A program made the position numbers and the translations under genes. A DNA stretch of 64,000 nucleotides from Octopus vulgaris (lineage: Eukaryota). The stretch spans positions 135,098,001-135,162,000 of the forward strand of contig OX597815.1 of the NCBI GenBank assembly GCA_951406725.2, given 5' to 3'. This document shows positions 40,301 through 54,599 of this stretch, one piece after another. The notes beneath the pieces were generated by a model. The model saw only the letters and a program-made list of their open reading frames with translations, did not search any database and had not been told where the DNA came from. Position 1 is the first letter of the stretch, and each line of letters begins with the position of its first letter.

Positions 40301-41023
40301 GGCTGGTGGAAGCCCACAGGATCCTGTCGAACCATTCAACCAATGCCAACATGGAAGGCAGACATTAAAAGATGATGATATATATATATTTACAGATAAT
40401 CTCACATGTGTGTGTATATATATATATATATATAACGGGAAGCTTTATGAAAATAAACAAAAGACGAAGGATATATATATATAAGAGTGAGAGAGAGAGA
40501 GAGAGAGAGAGAAAAATAGATATAATTTTGTTGTCATCATTGTATTTACATTCATTTTTGCATGATTCATATGAAATTCATTGAGGTAGGTTTTCCTCAG
40601 CGAGATGCCATTCTTGTTGCCAATGCTTAACTGTTTCCATGCTAAGTAATATTTCTCCTTGGCTAGATACATTTTCTACACAAGACTGGAAATGAACATC
40701 ATAATGGTATGATGGCAATGCTCGCTTTAACCAACGTATGATATCAAGACAAGAGAATGCAAACCCAAAGTCATATATACAAACACACACGTACAGACAC
40801 TCGCATGTACATACACACACACAAAAAGATATATACCATGGAATGTTTTTAGTTTCTGTGTTCTAAATCTACTCACAAGTCTTTGGCTGGCCTAGGGCTA
40901 AAGCAGAAGATAAGTGACCAATGGTACACACAATAGACTTAGCCTGTTTCATACATGCATATCTATATATATACACACACACATACTGTGTGTATATATA
41001 TATATGTGACTCTCTCTCTCCTT

Positions 41024-41109
<86 letters not shown>

Positions 41110-41184
41110 ATATATATACAGACACACACACATACAGATAAAGATGTAAATATCTATCTAACACATACACACTCTCTCTCTCTC

Positions 41185-41229
<45 letters not shown>

Positions 41230-41315
41230 CATATATATGTATGTACATATATATACAGACACACACACACATAGAGAAAGATGTAAATATCTGTCTAACA
41301 CACACACTCTCTAAT

Positions 41316-41347
<32 letters not shown>

Positions 41348-43760
41348 CATACATACATACAGACAGACAGACTGACAGACAGATGGAATTGATAGAAACA
41401 TACATTAGTATGCAAGTTGATAATTAGATAGAATAGAAAGCATTGTAATAGATTTGCACAGGCAGATAGATAGATAGATATATAGCGTGATAGAATGACG
41501 CTCACTTTGAAACGAGTGAAAAAGAAAAGTTGTAGTGATAAAGAGAAGAGAGTGAGATGGAACCTAATAAAGCAGCATTACATTTAGAACATAAACTATC
41601 ATCACAGCAGAAATCTGACCTATAGGAATTCTCTCCATTCACTCATGGTAAATTTGATTCTCTCCATCAGTCCTGCCAGCTTCTTGCTGCCTGCCAATTT
41701 CCTGAAAGACTGCCACCCAAAGGGATATTTTATAGATTTTAATACAAACATAAATCTTTCTCAGACTTCTCTCAAGTTTGAAAGACATTTAGTGACCAAA
41801 TGGGTCATCACTGAACCAGTTACAATTTGATTGCATTCTATAATTTACATTTTTTTTTTCTTATCTGTCATTATTGTTTCAATGCTTAATTAGGTTTGTG
41901 TTTATTTCTTTATTCATTAATGCTCTTTTCTCTGCCACCATTAAATCTCTTGTTACAGATATTAGCATATGGCAATGAAACGTAAAAATATGTAGACATT
42001 TATAATATTCCTGAAACACACTTGCACAATGTGTGTGTGTGTGTCTGTCTGTGTGTGAGTGTGTCCTGAAGACAAAGTACAAAGCAGAAGAGGGAGAATT
42101 GGAAACAACTAAAACAACAGACAGGAATACAAACTTAATGCATAATGCTGTAAAGGACAGGAAGAATTATTGACATTCAGAGAGTTAGTCTTTGTCAATA
42201 TAGACATTAGAAGAAAGCGAAAACAAATTATAGAGAAGAAAAAGTGTGTTTATGGAAGAGGAGCATAGTGACTATACACCCATTTCTCTCTCCATTTATA
42301 TATATATATATATATATATATTATACAGTATCTTATAACCACCAAGGCAACAACTCAAGTTTCATGTATTGGAAAAAAAATATCTGGTTCAACTTATCCT
42401 CCTAATTGTTGCCACTTTCACTTCCATTCTTGAAGTTGTCTTTGGTTATATCACAAGATGGTTATTTGAGATATGACTAAAGTAAAGTGGAGGACAAAGT
42501 GGGTAAGTGTTTTGAAAAATCTTAGCTACATACCCTTCTTCAAATATGAAACTTAAGTTCTTTCTCAAGGATCTTAAGGTACTGATATGAAACTTAGAGT
42601 ACCTTAATCCTCTAAAACTATTAACAAACAAGCAGCACATATATAAGTATCTGTATGTTTATCAGCTGCTGTAATTATGAGAGCAAAACTGTACATATTT
42701 CATTCCTTTTGGATTCCTTGGAACCAATTCCTTTTCAAATTCATATCTCGTTTTCAATAGCAACCTGTCTTACTTTACTTTCCATTCGGACCCCACCTCT
42801 CCTTTTTTGTCTCATCAATGACCTCTCCCTTTCCTCTGAGCGACATCATAGAACTGCCATATCTCATTCCTAACTCTCCTATCTGCTGTCATTCTCAACA
42901 TTCACATGTCTCCCATTCACATCCCCCAATCCATTTTTGTGCACTACTCACTACATTCAATCTTACATTCATCTCTGTGTGTGTCTCTCCCTCTCAAACT
43001 CTCACCCTGCACTTCATCTCCCAATTTCTTATCTATCTTACAATTTTATTAATCTGTTGCTCTCCATAATTTCTGATCTGCTACTTACCATCTCTTTTGT
43101 TCCGTGTCACTGCTATTTTTTCACCTAACCTCCAAACTAATATTTACAATCAAACACATCTCCAGCCTTGTTCATTATTCACTATATTCACTTCTAAGCA
43201 TTTCTCACACTCTTATCCATCCACCCTTTCTGATCTCCTATCACTATTCTCTCATATACTCACACTCTTGTACTTTGAGTGCATGTCTTGACACTACATC
43301 ACCACTATCCTTATCTCTCTTCTTTATCACTTTCCAGCTATTCTCACTTGTGTATAACGTGGGGTAGCCGCATATCTCCCCCACTAAGGCAGGCACTTGT
43401 TTCTGCCTCTATATCATACTTTAAGCTTCTCAGCACATGGCATAAAGCTACCTCCCTGTCTACTATGCACCAATTTGCTTGAGAGGGCTTTTGGGGTTTT
43501 TCTTTAAACAAAGTAAGTTACTTAGTGATGTTACAAACTCCAGTGTCTTGGGGGATAAAAAAAAGGATCCAGTACACTCTGGAAAATGGTTGATGTTAGG
43601 AAGGGCATCCAACTGTAGAAAGACTGCCAGAAAGGACTCATCAGATCTTGTCCAACCCATGCTAGCATGGAAGATGAATGTTAAAGGATGATGATGATGA
43701 AAATGATATATATACCTACATACACACAAACACACATGCATACATGTAGATGTTTCAGTG

Positions 43761-43791
<31 letters not shown>

Positions 43792-44518
43792 TGAAAGAGA
43801 GAGAGTGAGTGTGTTAAGATGATGTTTGTATAAGTGATATTGCTTAAACCATGTTTGTCTCCTAGTCTCTCTGTCTTACTACTTACCTATGACAAAGACA
43901 CAGAGACACAAATGCACGCATGCACACACACACACATTAACAATTTGATTCATTCCACATTAATCAAAGTTTCTTAGTCGCAAATGACAACATTTCTCAG
44001 ATGTCAAGGATTAGAAGAGAAATAAAATTGATTTATAAAGAAAAATATTAGGTGGGGCCTCTGCTGCTCAGTTCAAATCATATGAAGAAATTAGCAGTAG
44101 AGCAAAAAAAAAAACAGCTAATTTTGTTTGTTGTTGTTCCACATGGTGGAAGATACTGTATAGCAGCACTAGCTGGTGTATGACCTGTGAAGACTGAGCC
44201 AGTGTATGCGTGTCTGTTTTAGGTCATATCTGGAAAGCATGGAGGGAGAATTCAATATAAACAATTACAAACACTATAAAAGTCACAATTCATCTAATGC
44301 TAAATACATTACAATACGTAAATATCTCTATTCAAAAATATACATAATTTCCTATATCTTAACTATTCTCAACACCATTTTAAAATATATCCAAATTTGA
44401 AAAGCATATTTACTGTTACTATAGATGGAACAGGTACACTTGTGTATATGTATTGATATAGCCTTTTATTTAGTTAATAGCTTTAGTTATTAGAGGGTAG
44501 CTGTGTTAGGGCACCATT

Positions 44519-44750
44519 TTAACCCATTAGCATTTAAACTGGCCATATCCAGCCAAAATATTCCACCTGTTTTTTTAATTTCAAACTGACCAGATCTTAC
44601 CTCTCACATCTTCCCTACATTATCATTTTAAAAATAAGCAATCACATTATCATGTCATTGAAACTACAACATAATGCATGATTAATTCAAGATGACATGA
44701 CTATATAAGCATTACATTTGACAGTGTAATCTGAATGCTAAAGAGTTAAA
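44519..44750. mobile_element. piggyBac-type MITE (TTAA-flanked)
   Basis: TTAA-cccattagcatt...aatgctaaaagag-TTAA; second copy at 52933-53160. Confidence 0.8.
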
Positions 44751-45712
44751 GGATAGATGGATATATATATATATATGTACATGTGTGTGTTTGTATAAAT
44801 ATATGTCTACACACACCAGCACCATCATCATCATTACTATTCCTTATGTTTCTTTTTCTTTGCTGGCCTGAATTGGATAGAACTTTTTGAGGCAGAGTTC
44901 CCCTTCCCGGTGCCCATGTGTCTTTAACAGCATGTGTGTGTATGTGTGAGTGTATATGTGATGGTGAGTGTGTGCTTGTGTTGTGTGTGTGCGTGAGTGT
45001 GTATGTGAGGGTGAGTGTGTATATGCGTGAGTGTAAGTGTATATGTGAAGGTAAGTGTATGTATGTGTGAGGCTATGTGTGTGGGTGAGGGGGAGTGTGT
45101 ATATGCATGTGTGCAAGGGTGAGTATGTGTGTGTGGTATAAAGTGCTAAAAAAAAAGTAGAATAATATGAGTTTAAGAAAACTGTAGAAAGGTATGAAGA
45201 CATAACATGAGAGAAAAAAATAACATTTACTGACCTTTGGTGTACAAACTCTTTTATTCATGTGTTTGAAAATTCCTCCAAATCCTGCAATGAATAAATA
45301 TAGGATTAAGTTTGTATACACATACATACACCACCACTACCACCACCACCAACACCAATGCCACCGCCATCATTTAATGTCCTTTTCCCATTCTGGTAGG
45401 GGTTGGTGAGTTCGACATGAACTGACAAGCTAGAGAGCTGTGTTCACCTACAGTGTCTGCTTTGGCATGATTCCTACTGCTGGATGTCCTTCCTTATGCC
45501 AACCACACTTCACTGAAGTGTATCGAGTGCTTTTACTGACACTGGAGATCAGCATGGATTTGTGGTTCACTGAATCCTGTCAAATTGTTCAAGCCGAGCC
45601 AACATAAGAAACGAATGTTAAATGATGGTGATGAAATTCTAAGTGCATGTGTGTTGCGTACATGCAAGTAAGTTAAAGAGTGAGTGTTGAACACAATGAA
45701 TAATTTATTTTG

Positions 45713-45868
45713 TTTTCTGTTTCAAAGTCAGTGGGAACTTAAGACAAATTATGCATTGTATTCAACATTCAGTACATCAGTTTTATTTGCATGAACACAA
45801 CTCATACGCACAGTTGTCATAGGTGGCAGCAGTGTCGTCAAATTTCCCACTGACTTTGAAACAGAAAA
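45713..45868. repeat. Perfect 25-bp inverted repeat with 106-nt spacer
   Basis: ttttctgtttcaaagtcagtgggaa (45713-45737) / ttcccactgactttgaaacagaaaa (45844-45868). Confidence 0.92.
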
Positions 45869-48248
45869 TAATAACCAAGCCACAATTGTAAACAACTCTC
45901 AAAAACATCATCATTATCATCATTTAACATTCGCTGTCCACGCTGGCACGGCTGGATGGTTTGACTGAGCTGGCACGCTGGAAGGCTGCACCAGGCACCA
46001 GTCTGATTCAGCATGTTTTTCTATGGCTGGATGCCCTTCCTAATGCCAACCACTCTCAGAGTGTAATGGGTTCTTTTATGTGCCACCAGCATAGGTGCCA
46101 TTTGCATGACACTGGTATCTGCTATGACTGCAAGTATTTGTCTGTGTATGTGTGTAAGAGTCAGTGCATGTACTAATTAACACCATTTGAAATGAAACTG
46201 CAACATTGTTCAAATTCTCCAATAAACAAATCTTGCAGTCCAATGAACAAGTGCACAGCAATGGAATGAAAAACAACCCTTTTGAAAAACTAATAGGGGT
46301 TAGTGACCTGAGAAGTATCCAATTATAGAAAAACTACCGCAATAAGTTTCATGTAGCCCATGCCAAAGTAGAAGAATAGGTGTAAAATGATGATAAAGCC
46401 TGTGATAGACTCAATTTTTTTTTTTTTAAACTTATTTAACCTTCGTTGTTATCAACTAGTAATTTAAAGTATGAAAACCGTTATCAGAATGTATGAATCA
46501 CTAAGCTCAGGTAATTGAAGAATATAAAAGAGAATTGAAAAACCTCATGGTTGATAAGTCAAACAATTATTATGTCAATACATATCAATGAAAAAGATGG
46601 CTTGGATTAGATGGCATGTAAGCAAATTATATGAACATAGTTGTTGTCACATGGAATAATGAGTGAAATAACGTGACATTTATTGTCAAGACATGAATCT
46701 GTTTTACTGTAATTGAAGAGTATCACAGGGGACTGAGAAATCTTGTCACACTAATATATATCAACAGAATACACCATCTGAAAATATTTTTCCGCTCTCT
46801 CATGTAAAGAGACAGCTTTCTAATAGGCTCCTCTTTGACAGATGATCTAAAAGCTTATTTAAACTCATAAAACTTCACAATAAAACTACCATGGACTGAG
46901 TGGAAAATAAATTCACAGTGCACAAAGCATGCAGTGAGCATAATAAATATTTTATTTTATTCTTGATTTATTATATAATCCAACGATATGTGACATAACC
47001 ATATTACCTTACTATCCTCAATATATTAAAATATTTTTATTTCTTACCTATTAAGCAAGTTCAGGTAATTGTCTACTTTAGGTAATTGCATCAGAAATTC
47101 AATCACCAAAGATATATAATTAAGCAGAATGGACTTAATATACATGCATGTGTGCATATTTAAACATACAAATGTCAGAAAAATTACACAATGATGTTTT
47201 GAGTGAGGATCCCCATGAAGTATCTTTACTAGCTGATTCATTCTTATTTTCAGTCAAAGATGGAACCTTTAAATGGTCACTTGACTTGCTAGATATGGCA
47301 ACCAAATGTCCCTCAAATCAAATCTTACTGTTTTAAATAAGGAAAGGACATGATATAATGTTGTTTTAGATGCTTTTAAAAAGACGGAATGTTCATGGCT
47401 TGAAAACTTTTAATAATCATAGATCTGCTCAGTCAGAAGTGATCAGGGTGAAATAAAAGTATTTAATTTAGGAAAAAAAAAAAAGAAAAGAAAAAAAAAA
47501 AGCTAGGCATATGCAAAGTGTGATACTACATCCAAACAGAGATTGCTGTCTAAATTATAAAATCTAAGAGAATTAGTAGATGTTAATATGCAAGATTTTA
47601 GCATGTTTTACTGCAACAAAACTCACTGATACCTACTTAGATTTTATTACTACTCTTTCAACACAAACCCCGACAAGTACTCAAATTTCAGGTGAAATCC
47701 TATCTACATGAGATATAGGACTGCCAAAATAAGATAATATACCAACAAGTAGACAGTCTTTTAATGAAAATGTTTCTTAGCTTATATAAACTGTCCACAT
47801 ACAAACACGTTTTTCAATGAATGGTATTTACTGAGTTAGTATATGATAGGACATTTAGGGTAAATTAACAAATAAATATGCATAAAAATAACAGATACAT
47901 TTCAAGCAGTTTGTAAATTCTCTCAAGTAATATGAAAATATTTTTCTCGCAAACACACGCGTTCAATTCCTTTTGCGTGCATGTGTATGTACAAACATGA
48001 GCATGCACACACACACACACACACACACAGAGTTAGAAGTGAACATTTCCTCACTCGTGTACGCAGACATACTTGCATGATTATGAATTCACCCAAACAC
48101 CTACGCAAACACTTTACAATATGCACTGTATTCTGTACGTCTTATTATGTTGTACGATATCCACATTTCTCTCTCTCCCTTTATTTACACACACACACAC
48201 ACACAGACACACACATGCACTGAATGCATATCTACTGTGAATATCACT

Positions 48249-48350
48249 TTTCCCCTGATGAAGGAGGCATTCTCTGTAAATGAATTTTAAGATTCATAGA
48301 TTCATTTTTTTTACCCAGACGAATGAACCCCAGAAAAAGCTGTTGGAATA
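48249..48350 (+). ncRNA. Type I hammerhead-like motif with long stem II (Penelope pLTR-like)
   Basis: ttccc-CTGATGA-aggagg CATTC TCTG..CAGA c GAATG aacccc-a-GAAA-aagctGTT|ggaa. Confidence 0.6.
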
Positions 48351-48712
48351 TTTTCTTATAATATGTAACCCGAAACCTTATTTTGATGCCTATTATTATC
48401 TCTTCACTATATTTTCAATTCTTTTTTAAAAACGTTTTTATCTAAATTCCTTTAATTCATTATGCTATTACTATGCTTATTGCATTCGTATTCATATTTT
48501 TATACGTCCACATATATTTTTAATATTCATATAATTTTCTATTTTTTATATTTCTAATATGTTTTACTTTAGGCAATTTTTATCGTACTTAAATCTGTAC
48601 ACATGTGTTCATTGTAGTTTGCCAAACTTGAATGCTTTTCATTCATTTATTATACCTGTCTAATGTCTCAGGTTCAACTTGAGCACTTCTATGCAGTCTA
48701 TGTGTTTCATAA

Positions 48713-48756
<44 letters not shown>

Positions 48757-48758
<2 letters not shown>

Positions 48759-48930
48759 AGAGTTTATTAAAAAAACAAAAGATGAAGAGAGGTGGTGTAC
48801 AAAACAAACAGATATATTAGTATAACGCTCAGGAATAGAAAATGTATTTTACGTTTTGAGCTTACGCTCTTCTACAGAAAGGGACACAGAAAAAACAAGA
48901 AGAGAAAAAAATATATATATTATACTAGCA
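48757..48930 (-). mobile_element. Dispersed repeat with minimal hammerhead (48846-48882)
   Basis: cttt-CTGTAGA-a-GAGC gtaa GCTC-aAAA-cGTA|aaat. Confidence 0.7.
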
Positions 48931-49443
48931 ATGAAATGGTTATGGGTGGAATGCAAAGTACAGTACCTTCAGTAGCTGCCTTCTACTATAGTCTTGAATT
49001 GACCCATCCCTTGTGAACTGGAAGGCAGAAACTGTGGAAGGTCACTCATTATTGACATCTAGTACACTTTCGTACCAATGACCATTTTCTGAATATCCCT
49101 CATGATCTTTCTTCCTAGCAAACATGTACCTACCCTTTCTTTCTCCTAATTCCCTTCTACCTTTACTGTCCCTCTCCTGTTACACACTGCTGTTACTTTC
49201 TATCTCTTTTCTCTCTAATACTGTCTAGCTCATTTCCATACTATCACCCCCACCCCAGTGCCTCTGTTTCTGCATCAAACCTTCATTTCTTTCTTTCAAG
49301 AGGACAGGACAGTCAAAACTAGAGTTCTCTCAACATGATGTTGTCACTGCTCATATGCCATAGTATGTATATGTGTGTATGCATTTAAATATATATATAA
49401 CACACACACACACAAATATATACATACACACACACACACATAT

Positions 49444-49847
49444 ATGATGGGCTTCTTCCAGTTTCCATCTACCAAATCTACTCATAAGGGTTTGGTCAGC
49501 CCAAAGCTATAGTAGAAGACATTTGCACAAGGTGCCACGTAGTGCGACTGAATCCAGAACCATGTGGTTGGGAAGCAAGCTTCTTATTTCCTTATTGCCC
49601 ACAGGGGGCTAAACACAGAGGGGACAAACAAGGACAGACAAAGGGATCGAGTCAATTACATCAACCCCAGTGCATAACTGGTGCTTAATTTATCGACTCC
49701 GAAAGGACGAAAGGTTAAGTCGACCTCGGTGGAATTTGAACTCAGAATGTAAAGACAGATGAAATACTGCTAAGCATTTCGTCCGGCACGCTAATGTTTC
49801 TGCAAGCTGGCCACCTTGGGAGCAAGCTTCTTACCACACAACCACAT
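49444..49847 (-). mobile_element. SINE S3 (49587-49817) nested in a partial SINE S1
   Basis: TSD ggga(a)gcaagcttctta on both sides. Confidence 0.85.
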
Positions 49848-50269
49848 CTATATATATCTACATATATAAACAAACATTTAAGTAGTAATAATACTTTTTT
49901 TTAAATGGCAGTGTCCCTATATCGATGTTACATTAGAAATTTCAACATTGTTGCAATAACATGAAGAACATGATTCTATTCTACTTTGCAGAATTTAATG
50001 ACAAACAAATTACAAAATATGGCATTTAAAGCTTTACTTTCCTAGAATGTATGTTATTCCAAGCATAAAAGATATGGATGAAAAATGCTAATAAATCAAG
50101 AAAGCCAGAAAGAGGAAAAAAGAAAAATGTCAGAAAGAATAGAAATAAAAGAGAAAGAAAGAGAAGTTGTAGAAACTATAGATTGGAAAAAAACAACAAT
50201 ACAATTGGCAATTTGGCAGGGTACCGATGGAAAAGAATTTCTAGATTTGTGATGAAATGTAGTATAAGG

Positions 50270-50650
50270 ATATAGTTAATCCAAACTTGAAAACACAAAG
50301 AGAAAACACAACAACGCTAGGATGTGGAACAAATAGTGTTATTGGACGTTCAGGAGAGGAAAGTAAGAAGGAGGATTTGATGTTTCGAGCGGAGCTCTTT
50401 GTCAGAAACATAGAAAAAGGAAAGGTCCAAGGAAGGGAATGTATATATATATATTTAAGGAGAATTCACAAAAAATCAAAAGACGAAGACAGGTGGTGTA
50501 GACAACAAACAGATGTATTAGTATAACGCTTGGGAAGTGAAAAAGTCTTTAATGTTTCGAGCCTACGCTCTTCCACAGAAAGAAACAAGGAGAGAAAATA
50601 AAGAATGTGTAGTGGCTAGTGATCTATCATGGCAAATGATAGATCGGTGT
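50270..50650 (-). mobile_element. Two adjacent minimal-hammerhead repeats (50375-50410 and 50547-50582)
   Basis: gttt-CTGACaA-a-GAGC tcc GCTC-GAAA-cATC|aaat and cttt-CTGTGGA-a-GAGC gtag GCTC-GAAA-cATT|aaag. Confidence 0.75.
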
Positions 50651-50949
50651 ATATATATATGTATATGTGTGTATATATATATATACTATCTTAAGGTGAC
50701 CCGCTCTACTCGCGGGTGAGTGTGTGGTTGTTACTTTCTGTTTCTTATCGCCACATTCTCCCTCTTTGTTTCTCTCTCCTTTCTCATTTTCCCACTCTCT
50801 TACTCTTCCTTTCTCTCGGACTCCCTCTCGCTTTCTCCTACTCTTTATCTTTCTCTATCTATCTCTCTCTCATTTCTGCATTTAAATTACAAATCCGCTT
50901 CCACTTTACCATGTTGAAAATTTGATTGAAATTGGGCAAAAGGTGTCCG

Positions 50950-52498
50950 ATCTAGACCCCCAAACCTGCTCAGCCCAATGACAGACAACAAATTGATGAT
51001 ACAAAGTGAAAGTGGCTGTGAAGAAGTGGATACAACAGTGCACAAATAAATTTTATCAAAGGGAACTTAAGAGTTAGGTTCAATGATGGCACAAATACAT
51101 TTCCCTCAAAAAACATCCTACCATCTAACAAACAAACATAAACAAGAAACCCCCCCAAAACTAGGAGCACATTAGATAATGTATTCCAAAATACAATATA
51201 CCAGAAAACAAGATAAAATTGTGTAGCTGGAACAAAGAAAAATATAAACCAATACAGAAAGGCAAAAAAGATCAACACTGAGTGTCAAAAATATCCACAT
51301 ATAAAATTTATATATATACAAACAGACAATACAAACATAACATTTAAACATAACTCACATCACATAAAAATGCAACACAGAAAATTCATTATCTTCCTAT
51401 AAATTTTCAGCTTCAACAAGGATCTTGTCTCCCACGGCACTACAAGAGCAATGAAAATGGCCATCAGTCAAACCCACACACATCTTATGCAAAATAGAAA
51501 GTAACAACTATGATAATTGATACGCACTACACAATCGTAACCCAACAAATCTAACATACTGAGATATAAACTAATGGCCTATAAATATCTTTCTGGAAAA
51601 AAAAAAGAACATCATCATCACACAATATTCACATTGCAAAAATACATGAATACATGAAAATATGCAGCCTACCTAAAACAAGTCACTTGAACAAGGCAGA
51701 ACAAACTAATCCATGCTGGAGGCCTTATGACATTCATAAAATCATCCAACCAGTACAAAGATACCCAATACGAGATTTAAAATACTAATAAGGTGTGGAA
51801 GACTAGAAATGAGAGCATTCAAAATAAAATCCAACAATGCGAGACAGATTAATAACTTCACAATCTATTCAACTAGACTATATACTCCAGTTACATCACC
51901 TTAATACACAAACACTATCATTGGAAGAGACTTGAGTTCACACAGCACACATTGGTAAAAGAAAAGTAGAGAAGACAAAATGAGAGACAATTGTGCTCAC
52001 TTGTACACGCTAAGTAACTTACACCAAAGTACCTCATCAAGCAAACCATAATAATTCCTCTCTAGAGATAAAATGTTCCACATAACTAGCTATTATAACT
52101 ATATGGTAAAACAATCTTCAAAGTCTCGGTTGACCATATTCACCTATCAATGGGTTAAACATTACCTTCTCAAAAACTTCAAAAACGGCAAAGTGGAATC
52201 ACTTTTATATGAGTTCACAGAATTCTGTACTATGACAGTAATGAATGTATATGCTGCAGAATGTATATTCAACGAAATAACTGTATTTCCAGTAAACATA
52301 TTCTACAGAGGAACAAAATATATTTAACCCACATTTCACAAAAGTGAAATAAAAATGAAGAATCTAACTCAAACTTCAGCATTATATATAACAGAATTAT
52401 CAAATGACTAAACAAAGAAGTAGGAAAGGAAATAAAAGCAAATAACAAACAGAATCCTGAAAAACTTTTATATTCAACATAAACCATCAAAGAAGCAG
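50950..52498 (+). pseudogene. Heavily decayed Penelope-like element ORF (putative)
   Basis: Strongly A/C-skewed coding-like strand; the 3' part loosely resembles the GIY-YIG segment NHxxSF...KNxTxLSxYI. No intact frame. Confidence 0.4.
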
Positions 52499-52712
52499 TT
52501 AACTCTTTCATTACTGTATTTATTTTGAGATGCTTTGTATTTCTTTCAATTACTTTAAATATAACAAGGAATTTAGTAAAATAACTTGGTTATCATTAAG
52601 CTAGTGTTAGGAACATAAATTGTGGAAGATTTTAACTGAAAACTTATGAAAACAAGACATTTGTATTCAGAACCAGAGCCGGTTTCAGCCAGGTTGGTAA
52701 TGAAAGGGTTAA
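52499..52712. mobile_element. piggyBac-type MITE
   Basis: TTAA-ctctttcattac ... gtaatgaaaggg-TTAA. Confidence 0.85.
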
Positions 52713-52932
52713 ACATTGTAATTAGCAGTATCAGTAACTATAACAAATGGCTACAATATATCATAGTAACAATATCAAGTAATGCATCCACACTTTAACA
52801 GCAATCTATTAAACTTCTGAAACAGTTTTCCTAAACCTGTTACTGAAAAATCAAAGACAGAAACTCAAAACGTCAGAAACTGTACACTTAAAACAGTTAG
52901 GACCAGAAAACATTACTACACAAACCTACACC

Positions 52933-53160
52933 TTAACCCCTTAGCATTTAAACCAGCCATATCCAGCCAAAATAATCAACCCGTTTTATCTTCAGTCTGG
53001 CCAGATTTGGCCTCTTGCACTTACCCTACAATATTATTCTAAAAATAAACAACTATGTCATTGAAATCTCAAAGCTACAAAGTAATACATGACTAATTCA
53101 GATCAATATGAATAAATAAGCTTTACATTTGACAGAGAAATCTGAAGGCTAAAGGGTTAA
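52933..53160. mobile_element. piggyBac-type MITE, paralogue of 44519-44750
   Basis: TTAA-ccccttagcatttaaac...ctaaaggg-TTAA; collinear similarity along its length. Confidence 0.85.
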
Positions 53161-53760
53161 ACTACCTGTGATTGATCTATGGCAATGTGTGAATAATATT
53201 CTCAAGGTTAACATTTACTTTTTTGAGTTCATTTCTATGCTCTCTGGCCAATCCAATACTTGACCACATTAAAGGAGGTTAAAGTCACTGAAAACAACCA
53301 ATACACCACTACATTTTGAGATATAGTAGAAAATTGGTTGGGTAAAGAGAAAAATTACAAAATTTGTCAAAAAAAAAAAAGGGAGAGTAATGCATAAATA
53401 CAACTTCTGAGTAATATAGTTTCATTATTTCTTTATTATATTTGTTGAAATTGCACTTTAATAAAACACCTTAATCAAAGAAATATAATTCTGTAAACCT
53501 TAAGAAACTGGTAGAGAAGAAAAGGTTACAAGACAAAAAGTTGTTGATTATGAAGAGTAAGGCTAAAATTCATTTTAAAGCCAAAATCTATGTTATTTCT
53601 AGAAAAAGTTTGAAAAATCTTGACAAAAAGAATCTATTTCTGTAAACCAAGTTACAACTGGGACAATAGTAAAAAACTTATGGGGTAAAAAAGAGTGTTT
53701 GAAGAGCCATATATCTGTGATGAAGGAATCATGAAACATACCCAGTCACTTGATGTACAT

Positions 53761-54132
53761 GGTGGAAGCACTCCGTTGGTTACGACGATGAGGGTTCTGG
53801 TTGATCCGAATCAACGGAACAGCCTGCTCCGTAAAATTAACGTGTAAGTGGCTGAGCACTCCACAGACACGTGTACCCTTAACGTAGTTCTCGGGGATAT
53901 TCAGCGTGACACAGAGAGTGACAAGGCCGGCCCTTTGAAATACAGGTACAACAGAAACAGGAAGTAAGAGTGAGAGAAAGTTGTGGTGAAAGAGTACAGC
54001 AGGGATCACCACCATCCCCTGCCGGAGCCTCGTGGAGCTTCTTAGGTGTTTTCGCTCAATAAACACTCACAACGCCCGGTCTAGGAATCGAAACCGCGAT
54101 CCTATGACTGCGAGTCCGCTGCCCTAACCACT
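53761..54132 (-). mobile_element. Young SINE S4a-related element
   Basis: TSD ttgatgtacat at 53750-53760 and 54135-54145; tRNA-like head; CpG-rich. Confidence 0.88.
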
Positions 54133-54599
54133 ATTTGATGTACATAACTGAAATGTGGCTAAAGAATAACATCCTTTAATGGAAACAGTTAAGCCTCCAA
54201 TAGCACCAAGTCACAATTGCTTCAAGGAAACAATTTCTCATGTTCTTATGATTTACTGCGTAAAAATGGCAAACTCACAAATGTAATATTGTTGAAACTT
54301 TAACCTGAAGAGTTGCAAACTACCTGCAATGAATAAGTAAGACTCACATTGGAATATTGCTCACATATTTTTATTTGACTACATTCACGGGAAGGTCAAT
54401 CAGCTGACTGGCAGATTCACTCACATGCTACAAGCTACAACTCACAGAAGCAGCAATATACACATTTTCTTTTTTTCTACTACTGTAATGTTACCAACTC
54501 CTCTATCTACCCTTTTGACACATGGCCAACTGATACACCAGTTTCACACTTTAACCCCACCCAATCCTAAATACCTTTTCTATTCAATTTAGAAGAAAT

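Noticed and set aside
44161-44182. tagcagcac seed resembling miR-15/16
   Set aside because: No precursor hairpin seen, and the match is limited to the 5' end.
47048-47140. Minus-strand donor AG|gtaaga with an open frame
   Set aside because: No credible acceptor and no homology.
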